Source of the DNA: Zygnema circumcarinatum SAG 698-1b
Lineage: Eukaryota > Plantae > Zygnematophyceae
Reading direction: 5' to 3'
Assembly: GCA_037447605.1 (NCBI GenBank)
Contig: CM074804.1
Span: 372,001-436,000 of the forward strand
Length of the DNA: 64,000 bases
Part shown: positions 1 to 12,905 of the stretch, piece by piece
Layout of the letters: each line of letters starts with the position of its first letter
Position numbering within the stretch: position 1 is the first letter of the stretch
Notes under the pieces: model-generated
What the model saw: only the letters and a program-made list of their open reading frames with translations
What the model was told of the DNA's origin: nothing
Databases searched by the model: none
Made by a program: the position numbers and the translations under genes

Positions 1-1297
1 TTGTTCTCTTCAGCGTTGGCAGCAGAAGTGGTACCAGCAGTACAGCAGTATTAGCAATTCATGTACTTAGCAACAATGCAAACAGAATCACTAGTGTCAA
101 GAATGTACTATTGCTAAAACTAGCAGCAAGCTTTGCAGAAGAATTCAAGCAGCAATAATTCAAGTAGTAAGTTTCTTACTGCACTTTTCAGGCAGTAATA
201 ATGTAGAAGCAGCAAGTGCCAAGGAGTGCTGGCAGTATTACTGATTGCAATATCGGCGACTGAACAGTCAGCGGCAATGTTAGCATCGGCATTCGCAGCA
301 GCGTTGGTCTTCCTTCCTGCGAGAGAAAAGAGGGAGAGGGTAGGAGGGAGAGCCGTGCTTCTTTATGCAGCTTGTCCTTTGCAGGAGCTTTTTTTACGAA
401 ATCTCTAAAGACATTAAGAAAAATGAGCACTCCTAGGAGAAATTAACATGGTTATTAGTTCCTTCGTACAAATCTCCCCCTAATGAGTGCAAAGTTGGTC
501 TCAGTGTTGAAGCTTTTTTTACAAAATGTTTCCAATTTGACGTCTTCTACCGTCTACTCTACCGTCTACTCTACCGTCTTCGTCCTGTTTGCAAAAGTCT
601 TGCCTGACGTTTTTATTGCCTTGCGCCTGTATCAAGTGTCTCCAGCCTCTCTGTCCCCCCCTCTGCCTCCCTCCTAGACGGCGTCGTATTTGAATTGCAG
701 ATGGATTAAATTGAATTGCTCAAAATGCGTTATGGCAGTATGATAAATTTGAGCCAGTTGGCATGCATACTGAATGCCCGTAAATTTAAGCGAAAAGTTC
801 TCTCAAGTTGACTACGTTGAAGTCTGAATTGAAATAGGATGCAGGCGTTGTTGTTTGATGTCAGACCTCTATGTAGGCATGCTCAATGCTGCCCCTGAAA
901 GCTGAGCATATATGTCAGAACTATTCATGATCTCACTTCAGAAATACTCAATAACCAATTCCATCAACGGGTTTCAGACTTTTTAGAAAGAAAATGATAT
1001 GGCATTTGTTTTTGGAGGAAGTACTTCGTTTGCTGTTACAATCTACTTCGGGGAGAAGCGTGTGCTGATTTTGAATTCTGGAATTGTGACCTTTTCTAAG
1101 TCTGAACCCCCATAATCGTGGCTTTGTACTTCCTAAATGCCCTAAAGAACTCTGAAAGGCCTTCATGTGGGGCAACTTTTCAATACATATCTACGATCCT
1201 GAATATCAGCTACTCTATACCTTGACCAGCGTTTCTTTAACTTGATCTCCTTGTTTTTATTCATGCAGATTCTACGTGAGATTTTCACCTTATCACC

Positions 1298-4200
1298 ATG
1301 TCAGCAGCCATGGCAACACAAGCCCTCTCCCTGAATGCGCCGGTTTTGGCTCTTGACTCCAATGGCTCCTTGTACTCTGCGGGATCCGTCGGGGCTCTTG
1401 GTGCCCTACCTCCTAGGGTCGGTCTGGGATCAAGTTTTACCTCCTCTTTTAAAGGTTAGGATTTCAACAAAATCGTTTGAAATCCCTTTCTCCATGATGT
1501 TTATGAAGCTGCATATTTGTCCTGTCTGCCAGGCTTCGTATAGTAAGAGGAGTGGAGAAGACAGAGGGGTTCGGGGTTTAAGTGTCGCTGGGAGTGTTGA
1601 AGCTTACTCAAATTTTGCTTCTTTTCTGTCAATTTATTGATTGAGATAGCGTGTGAAATGAGAGCAGGGAATCCTTTGCTGAGTGAAGTCAGATGTAACA
1701 TTGCGAGAGACAAACAGGAGTCAGTTGCAGATATGTACCGTTTTCGCAGATAAGGAGCTGGTAGAGGCAATGAGTTTTCTGCAGAGCAATATGCTGAAGT
1801 GAACGAGCATTTCTATCTCAGGAGCCGTCGATCATTTGAAGTTCCTCATGGGGTTAAGTCTTCTCTTCGTTGCAGACCTTTCTGCTGATACATCTGGAGA
1901 TACACAGCAGATTAAGGATGGGCGATTTGTTCTTGTCATTAAGGCCACAGCTGCAAACCATGGAAGGTCAGTTCAAATAATCGTATTGCTGATTTATTTA
2001 TCTGTGTAAAGAAAATGACGACAATATGAAATTAATCTCAGAATGGAACCCTCTCGCAGAATCACATTCCTTTTCAATAAATTACCTTGGAAATGAATGT
2101 GAGTTCTGCCATTTCCTTGCAGTGATTTCATGGAGTCAGCAGGACCACTGAGAAAAATGGCGAAGGGAATTACCGACTTTATTCGAGAGCCGAACCAAGT
2201 ATGGCCGGGGACCATTAGCTCGCTTTGATCAGAAAGATGTCAAGAGAGGAAGGGAGGGTCTGGAAGGGAGATGGATTGAGATATGGGCCGTGCCAGAAGG
2301 TCAATTACAGGACGAAAAGGAGAAAGGCTGTAGAGGGCAAAGTGAAAAAAGGGACATGGAGAGAGAGTGTGGGAGGGGTGAGAGGTGGACGTGGGAATAT
2401 GCGGGAAAGGCTGTTCCTTTTTGCACTGTTAATCGGAACTCGTCGTGATATAGATTTTGATATATGAACATGAATATGAATTATTCATTTCTTTTGGGTG
2501 ATGGTCGGGCAGTTTTTGCAGCTGGGACAGGCTGCCGCGGGTGTGGCAGCCGCTGTGGCAGGGGCAAATGTCGGCACCACGCTGCTGTCTGTAAGTTCCT
2601 TCCGCAACCGGCTTCCCCTCATTCTCTCTCTCTCCCTCCCTCTTTCTCCCTCTCTCTCACTCTCGTTGACCCTGTTTCTTTCTCGTTTTATCCGTGCCTC
2701 TTGTTTCTCCCCTCGTCTTTTCCCGTCCTTTGTTGCTTCCGGCTGTCAGAACTTGCGAGAGAAAGGGGAATTCTATTTGTACATCCTCTCCCTATGCGTG
2801 GCTTTGTTCTTACGCTTCTCTTTCGCCTTGGCTTGTTTGCTCAGGGTTTGGACGCCCTCCCGGTGCTCCCCCAAGTGGAGATGGTCGTCGGAACTATGGT
2901 CACAGCCAACTTTGCTCTGCAGTACCTCCGAGGAGGAGAAGGTCAGTGAAGTTCTCTGCTATGAAGCTAGCTTTTAATGATAGAGAAAGCAGGTCTTGCT
3001 GTCATCATGAGAGAAATGGCAGAGATGCATGATTCAGGTCTGGCGCTTTTTTCTATGTACATGTGCCTGTGCCCACTCACTCCTGCTTCTCTTACAGTCT
3101 CTCTGCTCTGTCTCCTGCTCTTTCTTGCCCGGCGCTCGTTTGATCACCTATATCACATTCTGTCCATCTCACTCCCTTTTTCGGACCCTCCCTATCCCTC
3201 TCCATCCTTCTCGCCCCTTCTCACTCCCTCTCTCTCCCTCCTGTACAGCAACTTTCCCTTCTATCACTCTCTGTTTCCGGCGGAGAAGGGTAAAAGCGAT
3301 TACTTTATCCTTATAACTACTGTTTCCTTTGTCCCGTTGATTTCGTCCTTGAAAATGCCAGGCAGGGAGCGAATTGAAGCTTTCTTCCACGATTTGAGGG
3401 AGAAGGTGTTAGGACTGGACGACAAAAAGGGCAGAGCCACTGCGGCTGTGTCTTCTGAACCGTTTGAGGTGAACCTCCTTGCTGTATGGACTACTTTTAA
3501 TTGCAGGAGCAACGCTCCCACTTCACCCCCCTCCTTCTTCGCTCCTCTCCTTCCTTCACCTAATAATTTCATCCCTATCACTGCAATGAGAAACCAGAAA
3601 GTTGTTAACCTTGAATCACCTTGTACCTGCGCAGACTCAGCTTGTATCTGTCATAGATGAAACTCTCCAGTCCCAGCAAATCGTCAGCTCAGAAGGCAAG
3701 GTGCAGGAGGTAGCATTGGTTGCAGATAAGCAATCATTCATGGCCGCCCTGAAGAATTTCATCGACAGGAGGGAAGCTGAGGTGAGAAAACTCTTGTGGA
3801 AAGTCTGATGCATGCCGGATGTCATGCATATGCAAGGTAACTTGTAAGTCTTGTTTAGGGCGGACTACGCTGAGAAATTTTCTGGAGTTTCAGTACGAAT
3901 CAATGTTTTTCCTGATGATAGTAATGGTGTCTGTAGGCTCGAAAAGTGACGAGAACTATGGAGGGGGATCTGGCCACCTTAGCCACTACAGTTTCTAAGG
4001 AGAAAGCTCGAACCATGGAGTTGGAGCAGGTTCGTCTGGAGCCCATCGAACTTCCCTATAAATTAACTACCTTGCCACGCTGAAAGTTGTGAAATGATTT
4101 GTTGGTTTGCCACACTGCTCTGCATCTCTCCACTTCGAAAGACTAGCTAGTTTGCTGTTTCTTTTTTCATTTCTTGGATTGCTGTCTTTTTGTTGAGAAG

Positions 4201-7200
4201 TGATGTAGACATTTCCCTCATTTTCAATTGGTGTTGTGCTGCCCCTTTTGACTGTTCACTTGTGGATGGCAGATATTGAAGCAGCAGAAGAGGAAAGCTG
4301 CAAAACTAAAGCAGCTGACAAGCACGCTGGAGGTCAGCCTTTTTCCACTCCTCTCGGTTTTGGGGTGTACTGACACAATGTGACTCTCTCTCTTTCTCTC
4401 TCTCCCTCTCTCCCTCTCTCTCTCACACTCTCTTTCCCTTCCTCTCTCTCCTTGTAGTCTTCCTCTCTCAGCTTAGTGACGCTATCTCTTAGCTCCTCTT
4501 TGTGCACATTGTATGTCCCCCATTGTCAAACTTCGTCTTGTCTCACCTTCCTATCGATGACGTCTTATGCCTGATGGCCTGTTTTCAGCACCTCACTGAG
4601 GACTTGAAGTTCCTGTGCAGGACGAGAAATCAAAGAGTATGGTTGAAATGACCCGGCTTCGGTCGAAAATGGCAGGCCTCGAGATGGAGGTTGCATCCCT
4701 TCGAGGAGAGCAATATCGACTCAAACAATCAAATGGAGAGGTAATGGTCCGCAACTCTTACAGAATGTCAGAGCCTAAAACACTCGCTAAGTTCTTGAAG
4801 GCATCCTCTCCTTCCATTAGCTCTCAAAAGACCTAAGCAGGGCTCGAAAACAACTTACCTTTTTTGACTGACAAAAGTAGTTACAAAATTGTGACTTACA
4901 GGTACAAGTTGTGGATCCTGAAAATGCTGCGAAACTATCGAAGCTTCGATCCCAAATGCTGGAGCTCGAGACTGAGCTGGCAGTGCTCCGAGGAGAACGA
5001 TTCCATGCAGAGAAATTTAACAAGGTACCACTAAGAATTCAAGACTTCACCTAAACCCTCAATTGCAGAAAAGCGGTTTTTTTAGTCCAAGCTCCCAAGG
5101 ATTAATGAACTCTGATTTTTTGGTATCTGACTGTAATGAGGTAAATTCTGTGCAATGCATGTTTTGATTAGTTCGTCGAGGTTCTAGAAACTCGAGAAAC
5201 CGGAACTTCTGGAATATGCCTTCACATTATTAAGTTGTGCAGGAGGAGGATACTGTTGTTACGACTCGACTTCGATCACGAATGGAAGGACTTGAGACTG
5301 AAGTTGCAGCCCTTCGAGGAGAACGATTTCGTCTCGAGAAAGTGAAAGATGAGGTGATTGATATTTCTGAGTATGTTCCATAATCGCTGTGTGTGTTTTT
5401 AGGTTTTTCGATGCATGGTGTACTAGACTCTCAAGAGTGAAAACAAAAGAAGTTGTTTGGGTTTTGGTTGTAGGCTTGGAATGTTTTGCAATTGCTTTGG
5501 AGTTTTCAAGTAGGGATAATCTAAGTTCTTTTTTATGGTTGCAGCTGGAAACGAAAGTCTACGATGGAATCGAGGAGAGAGAGAAGCTTGGATTGACCGT
5601 TACTGCTCTTGTAGAAGGAAAGGCGAAGCAGGTAAGGGCTCAGGGAGGGACAGAAAGAGGGATATAGGGAGGACACAGAGGGGAACAAGGCGGTGTCATT
5701 ATTATTATGAAGCTTTAACCGCACCTTTCGATTTCCTACCCTGCTCTGCTATCTATCGATAAGTTCCATCTTGTCTGTATAGCTTGCTCACCTCTTGTGG
5801 TCTTTATGCTCAAATTTACAGGCACACATTACTTATTTAATCACTCTTAAGGTCTCAGGACATCAGCTAAAGTTAAATTGCTGCTCAAATGGAGTTGAAC
5901 ACAACTACAACACAGAGTTGAAATTTTTTTGTGTTGAAAGCTTGAACCTATTGTTTGCCTTGTTTAACAACATAATCTCTTTTAATCCAATCCCGATGGC
6001 GGTATGGTGTGGTGTGCAGGAGGTTGATCCTAAACTGCTTGCTCTCCGTTCTCAAGAAGAATCCCTAAAGAGGGAGACGGAAGAGAGAGAGGCGCGTGTG
6101 GCATGGCTGGAAGAGCAGATGGAGCGCACTCGGGCCTTTGCCATGGAGGTATGCTGAAATCCCCAAACATTTGAAGTTTGCAAATACTTATTAAGAATGG
6201 TGCTAATTCCTCCGGGAAAACTTTCAGAAGCGTGTGGATTAGGGTTCTGCAGGCAGCATCAGAAACGCTTTTCTGCATGAAGACAAGTCTAGATAGCTGC
6301 TATGGTGTCTTCTTTTTCCCCTCATTCCCTCCTTCCCCACCCCTCCCCCACTCTCTACCTCATGCACCCCGCACACCTGTTTGTGCTATATCGTACTGTT
6401 CTGATTAACACGGGAAGGCTTCTCTGTACAGGTCACTCTATCTGTGGAGGAGTTGAGTTCAGAAAAGAAGGAGCGAGAGGCACACATTGTGTGGCTCGAG
6501 CAGTGTTTGTCAAATTCTGAATCGAAATCTGCTGTGGTAAGAGCCAAACAAAGTCACAGCTCTCCGTTTGCTTTGTTTTTCCTCCTTTACTGCTGTACAT
6601 ACATGGATGATAAGATAGATTCAGAAAATGTGACGATACCGCAGATTACGATGTGCCTTTTTTTTTTTTTTTTTGCTCTGGTAGACATCGATTGACCATA
6701 TTCCTTAAGTCTCTTTACGGAAGATGCTGGAACAAGAACAAACATTTAATAACATGAACGGCATGAATAACATTCGCATCAAATCTTTACTTACAGCTTT
6801 GCGTGTTTCCTTTGCAGTCTGAGAAGCAGATCACCTCTCTTCAGACTCAACTGAAGGAGGTCCTTGAAGACAGCGTGGCCAAAAAGGAAGCGTTCCAGCA
6901 GGAGGTACATATAAAGAATCCACTGGCACAACCATTCGGGCCCACCCGTTCTCCCTCGCACTTTCCATTCCTTCTCTCCTCTTTCATCCACTCTTGATTT
7001 TTTCAAGTCGAGTCCGAAAACTTCCTTTTTGAAACGAACAAGGAAAGAGGATGCTTTTCATTGTGATAATGCTGTGAAGCAAAGCTAAATTGCTGAACGG
7101 ATTTCATGATTGGTAGGTAGTGAGGAAAGTTGATTCCGTTGATCTTAACCTCCCAAATAATGCCCCTCAGTCTTTTCGCACCGCCCCTGAGATCGTGTTC

Positions 7201-8556
7201 GACTCATGTCCCTCCCATTCCTCACCCCCCCACCTTTCCGCCTCCTAGCTCTTTGCCATTAATAGTCCAAATAATATCACCTCTCTCCCCTTCCCCCATC
7301 TCGCTCCCTCCCTCCCTCTCTCCCCCCGCCCTCTCTCGCTACCTCTTGGACACCCTCGAATCCTGAATAGTCTCAACCCTAAGGCCACTTTCTCCACTCT
7401 CCCCCTCATCCTGTCTCTCTCCTCTGGGTTGCCAGGTGGCCACCCTGAAAGCAAGTCTGGAGCACGCAGAGGGGCGGGTCCATGCAGCAGAGCTTAGAGC
7501 TGCACAGGCTGTGAAAGCTTCCAAATTTGCGCAGGCCCAAGTGGCTGTCATCTCTGCAGAGCTTCACAATAAAGTTGTGAGAGTGGAGGCTAAGAGATGG
7601 GAGCCTCTCAGGGTGGTGGAGTACGAGGTGGATGATGAGGCTTCAAGGGAAAAAATGAATGAAAGGGAACTTGAGGTGAGTTATACAGATCGGGCGGCTG
7701 GGTTAAGGTTTTTGTTTTTGGGTCGTTGGATGCTTTTATAGTTTATTTTTGAGTTTCCAGTGTCTCGAAGCTCTTTAGCTTCTTAGCCTGTATCATTTCT
7801 TAGCTGCTGTCCTTTGTGAGGCAGTCCTGGCAGCCTGTATCTCATAGCAATTTTGCAAATAACCGGTATCTGCATTCCAGTGCATGTATCATTGAGCTAA
7901 TGAGTCCCCTGTCCTTCCCTATTTTTGGAGGTCATCATTTTTGGAATATCTATTTCAGTTGTTTCCTTCTTTCATTTTGAACAATGCTGGCAACTTGTGT
8001 TGACCTGGAGCTCTTATTTTCTGGCAGGCATATGCAGCCCTTGTGAAGAGTGGGTACCTAGACATTGAGAAGCCTTCAAGGGAGCAGCTACCAGCGGTGG
8101 AAGCCCTCGTACAGGTGAGTGAGAGGAGGGAGAGGGGGAAAAGAGAGGGAGTGGGATGGATGGAAGCAGAGGGTAAGGGGAGTAACGAGGCCTGTCTTTT
8201 CGATAGGTCATGGATCATCCTTTATATTCAAGTTAACCGTACCACCTAGGCATTCTCCATACTTTCAATACATATGCCTCATGTATGGCCCATACGTACA
8301 AAATATGTCTCTGAATGTACCTTATCCATATTCTATAAATATCCAAATGTTTTCTCGTCCTCCCTCTCTGCCCTCACCTCCGCCCTCTCTCTCTCTTTCC
8401 CTCCTCTCCCCCTTGCAGGCACTGGTGAAGAAGGGAGCCTCGGAGGGATGGGCTCGGAGACACGTCCTGAACTGCCATGCATATGATCGCCGCAAAGTGG
8501 TGACCTGGGGAAGGGGCGACTCCTTGGGACAAGTCTTTACCAGGGTTTTGGGGTGA
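1298..8556 (+). CDS. Plastid-targeted CAAD/CURT1-domain protein with long C-terminal coiled coil (~700 aa, 19 exons; 3' end uncertain)
   Basis: Phase-consistent GT-AG chain: 1298-1454, 1876-1966, 2123-2198, 2522-2590, 2845-2941, 3362-3468, 3635-3781, 3937-4029, 4273-4332, 4621-4740, 4902-5024, 5243-5353, 5545-5631, 6020-6148, 6432-6536, 6818-6904, 7436-7675, 8028-8114, 8419-8556. Ser/Ala-rich transit-peptide-like N-terminus (MSAAMATQALSLNAP...VIKATAA). The segment TTLLSGLDALPVLPQVEMVVGTMVTANFALQYLRGGEGRERIEAFFHDLREKVLG fits the CAAD pattern (AId.iPllP..lelvG..ys.wF.yryLl....R.eL...i..lk.ki.G). Downstream exons are heptad-rich E/K/R/L. Confidence 0.72.
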
Positions 8557-9342
8557 ATGGAACGGAGGGAAACGCAACCAAATGGAACAGATCGGAACGG
8601 AGTTGAACCGGTTGTACCATTGACATGTACTGAAGCTTTTCATTCCGTCCATAGCATGATGAACATTCCTCTCTTTCTGGCATTCCCTTCTCCACAATGA
8701 AATCCAGAAGACTTGAATGTGATATCAGTAAGGCAACGGATCAGGGCTAAGGGAGGAAACCTTAAAATACCTTTGGGGATGAGGGAGCATGAAGGCTTCA
8801 AGGACCTAAACTCCTGGTTAAGGTCAGCTCTTTTGTCATTCGGAGGCTAGTGGAGCAGTGTTAGTGTGTAGTGTGTGTAGTAGCTCAGGCTGCAGAGGAA
8901 TGCCTGGTTCAGTATGGCTCCCATATGTTTTCAGTATGGCTTCTTACGTATTCAGTATGGCTGCCTTTCTTATTCAGTATGTCTTCAGATTCCTTGTAGC
9001 TACTTAATGGGTAGTGCGTTTTGGGGTTTCTTAGGGAAAGCCGAAGTAGCTGTTGTACATAAGGCAGGGTTTTGCGTGTGAAATTGCGAAGTGCAAAGGT
9101 TTAGAGAATGGACAAAAGTTTGTTAAATGGGTTCTGTGGAACAGGAATAGAACGATGTGACCCCTCGCTACATGGTTCTAGTTTCTAGAAGCATTGCTAC
9201 ATGGTTCTAGAAAGAAAATTGTAACATGAAATGAAAAGGCTTTGTTGTTGCATATGGGCCTCTTCCCAAGTGACTCTAGAGATTCGCATTCTTGCCTGTG
9301 ACAAACATGGCGTTGTTCTGTACAACATGACACAAGCCATGG

Positions 9343-9941
9343 CCACGTGATGGCTAAGGCCATGCTACGTGGTGAGGCGCTCTTGAAGAATGGAGAGGAG
9401 ATGGTAGAGGGAGGGAGAGAGGGAGGGGGGGGGGGAGGGAGGGAGGGAGAACGACAAATGGAGATGGAGGGACAGAGACGGAGTCAGACGGAGGGAGAGG
9501 TAGAGGGACATTAGGGGAAGGGCCATCCTTCATTAGCCGTAGAATTGTTGGGCTCGACGATGGAGGATGGCTCGAGGAGGGCCACAACATGAAAGCATGA
9601 GTCCCAAGTCCCAACAAAAGACCGCCGACCGTACCGACCGTTGCAAGCCATATCTCGGCATCGACCCGATAAATGGGACATAAAACAATATGAAATATTC
9701 TATCCCTTCGCCATGCAGCGGAGGACACGTGTCCACATATCGGGAAGAAAAAACGTTTTTTATGGTGCCCGCCGGAATGAACAGTTATGTGCCGTACCGT
9801 ACGGAACTGGATTCACTGCAAGGAAAAAATCGAAAAAAAAATATCGCCCGATTTCCGAAGGCCACATTCGAAGGAATGGGAGCCTCACGTAAGGTACGGG
9901 CAGCCAAGATCATACCATTCTGCCCGAATCAAGCCACGTGG
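9343..9941. promoter_or_regulatory. G-box (CACGTG) motifs upstream of BBX gene
   Basis: CACGTG at ~9344, ~9726 and ~9935 (gccacgtgg), 0.9-1.5 kb 5' of the BBX ATG; motif only, no functional evidence. Confidence 0.3.
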
Positions 9942-10591
9942 CACTGCATATTGCAACGTGGACGAATCGACCGTCGCCCATTGGCTGTCGAGTGCCAGCG
10001 TGGCATAAAGCGCGCGATTCGCGGGACGTTGGCCAATGGGAGCGCGGCAGTTTGCAGATTTTGCGTCGGCGGTCGACCGCGGGAAGGGCCGCGCACCGCC
10101 AAATGGAGGCCACTCGTCCGCCGGGGGGCAGCGGGCAGGCGAGCAACGTTTTAGGGCCAATGGGAGGCGGCTTCATTTACAGCATTCGGGCAGGGGAAAA
10201 AACTGGGTAAAATTGATCGATGTTTTTTTTGAGAAAGGAATTTCGCCAGGAAGTGGTATGGATGAACGTTTGGAGGCTAGACATGTGAATTGTTTTTGGG
10301 CGGACGTGAAAAAAACCTGGTTTGGAATTTGGAAACTGGGCAGCAAAAAAATATGAGTTCGCTTGAAGTCGGCTCGCCAACTAGGTCAGTTTCTATCCAT
10401 GGCGGCGGAGCCCTAATGACTTCTCTTTCTCTCTCTCTCTCCTCCCTCTCTCTCTCTCTCTCTCTATCTCCCCCTTCACTTTGTTGCCCTCTCCTCTCCT
10501 CTCCTCTCCCTCTCTTGTTTCTGAAGTCACTGAACCTTCACAATCAGGAGCACAAATAGCATCAAGAAGAACCGCGTGTGAGACCATCGGT

Positions 10592-10594
<3 letters not shown>

Positions 10595-10658
<64 letters not shown>
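10595..10658 (+). repeat. (GA)32 microsatellite in the BBX 5' region
   Basis: Uninterrupted GA dinucleotide run read directly. Confidence 0.95.
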
Positions 10659-10663
<5 letters not shown>

Positions 10664-10811
10664 ACTGAGAGGCGCAGGGTGAGCAAAGAGGCTACGGAGT
10701 GAGCCACAGAGAGGAAGCAGAGCCGCGCTCGCGACAGAGTGAGACACAGGAAGGGAGCGAGAGAGAGGGAGAGAGGGAGAGAGGGAGAGAGAGGGAGAGA
10801 GGGGCGGCGGC

Positions 10812-12905
10812 ATGAGGGTGCAGTGCGACGTGTGCGAGCGCGCGCTTGCGGGCGTGCTGTGCTGCGCGGACGAGGCCGCGCTCTGTCCGCAGTGCGACGA
10901 GCGCGTCCACGCTGCGAACCGCCTCTCGGCCAAGCACCAGCGCGTGCGCCTCCTGCCGCCCGACAACACCAAGCCCACCTGCGACATCTGCCAGGTACGG
11001 CTGTTGGCGAGATAGGGAGGGAGGGAGAGAGAGCTGGCTAAGGAAGTGGGGTGGGAGGGTTTGGAGAGGGGAGTCGGGGTGGGATGATGGCGGAGAGAGG
11101 ACGTGGGGTGTGAGCGGGGTCAGGAGAGGGGACGGGGGGTGGGAGGTTGGAGTGAGGTGCTTTTGGGGAAGTGGAGGGGTGAGGGTAATGGAGGGCTTAG
11201 AATGCAATGGGGAGAGGGGTTGTAAGAGGGGAGGGGGTGATGGATAAGGATTTGGAAAGTATGCTGAAGTGTAGGGAATGGGGGAGATAAGGGAAATTAT
11301 TGAATATGAAGATGACAGAAGAAAGGACGGTCTGCGTAAAGAGCGGCAGAGATTGAGGGAAAGAGATGCAATGCCGAGGGAAGGGGGCTGGGTTAGGGAA
11401 GATAATTAGGGTTGAGGGAGGGTGCGAAATGGGTAGGGGCTGGAGCTCAAGGAAGAGGCTATGGGGCTTTAATGAGGAGAGGGTAGAGGACTGACTGAAA
11501 GTGGGGGCAGTAGTGAGGGAGTGAGGGAGAGTGCAAAGGAGAGGTTTGGACTCAGGGAGTGGCTTTTACCAAGCCCACTTCTTAACGTAGGATTGCAGAG
11601 TCAGGGTTGTGAACCCCTTTCCGAGAAAAATTACGTTGCCTGAACACAATTTATAAGCTCTCTGCTTCTGCAACTCACAAACACCCTTTATCTGGTCCTT
11701 CCTCCGCTCTCTCCCTCCTCGTTCCTTCCCCCGCCATTTCTATCTCTCTCTCTCTTCTACCCCACATCCTCCCACTCCCTCCGTCGCCCCTCCCTCTCGT
11801 CCTCCCTCTCCTTCTCTGCAGGAAAAGTCTGCCTTCTTCTTTTGCCTGGAAGACCGAGCTCTCCTCTGCCGTGACTGCGATGTCTCCATCCACCTCCCTA
11901 ATTCGCTCTCCGCCTCTCACAAGCGCTACCTCCTTACGGGCACCCGCGTTGCCTTAGAAGCGATACCCAGCGACTGCCCTGCTGAGCCCTTGGAGGAAAT
12001 GCAGGCAGTTCCTGCCCAGGTCGGGGGACACCTGCCTGGAGGAAACGCCCTCGCAGCTTCCTCCCGCCTTGGTGGTCCGAGGACGGCTGGTGAAGGGCAG
12101 TCGTACACCTCCCTAATGTCAGAATCTGGAATAGGTCTATCTGGGGTGGGTGTGACTGCGGGAGGTGCATCTGGGAGAGGTGGACATGGGGGGGCCCAAC
12201 TGGCAGCTTCGTCCTTTCCGAGTTCGAGCAGGATGACTCCGACTCGAGGGGACGGAAATATGTCTCTTGGAGGGGGTTCTCCGTTCCCAAGGAGAAGCAG
12301 TTTTACGGATTTCACAACGGAAGTCGTGCCGGGATGGAGAGTCGACGAGCTTTTGAACATTCCGGAGCTCGCGGATGGGTACACTTTGGCGGATATCGGG
12401 TCTTCAAAGGTGAGCGGAGGGAGTGAGAGATGGAGAGGGAGTTGGAGAGAGAGAGAGAGAGAGAGAGAGGGAGAAAGGGGGGGGGGGGAAGATTGTATGG
12501 GATCTGAAGGAGGACCTCTGTGTTTTTGAAGGTGTAATCTTTTGCCATCGAGAGTGGCTCCTCCGCCTCTCTCGCTCACCCTTTTTCCTTTCAATTTTCC
12601 TTATTTGCTTCATTGTGGGGTGGCAGGCGGATGTGGAAGTTGCGAGTTTGGGCGATTTTGATTGGACGGCAGATTTGAGCTTGTTCGATGAGCAAGTCTA
12701 TGCGGAGTCGTTGCACGAAGTTCCGTCGTTGCCGAATCCGAACCTGGTCGTAGGGTCCAGCCGGATGCAGTCCACTACTGGGAAGAACAGGTCACGTCAC
12801 GACACGGCAGCAGTTGTCCCAGACTATGACGACGCCTTCTTGGTTCCCGACCTCGGCCTCGAAGCTTCTCCGCCTGCCCCGAAAAGAAGGCGAAATTACA
12901 TGTGA
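10812..12905 (+). CDS. BBX: Double B-box zinc-finger protein, no CCT domain (BBX21-25/STO-like group)
   Basis: Exons 10812-10994, 11822-12409, 12627-12905. B-box1 CDVCE..LCCADEAALCPQCDERVHAANRLSAKHQR; B-box2 CDICQ|EKSAFFFCLEDRALLCRDCDVSIH...SHKRYLLTG; VPGWRVDELL motif; C-terminal VPDLG and KRRR. Confidence 0.95.

Noticed and set aside
1-700. Possible minus-strand exon (strong acceptor near 319) and a 12-bp tandem repeat at ~545-577
   Set aside because: No recognisable protein and no consistent exon chain within the window.
1650-1850. Open-looking frame with an in-frame TAA at ~1751, suggesting readthrough or a pseudo-exon
   Set aside because: Exon 1 (phase 1) splices cleanly to 1876, so this is intron; no phase-compatible donor was found.
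8655-8822. Extra 3' exon(s) for the CAAD gene
   Set aside because: Two candidate frames exist; the more protein-like one has no phase-compatible donor, so the end was left at TGA 8556.
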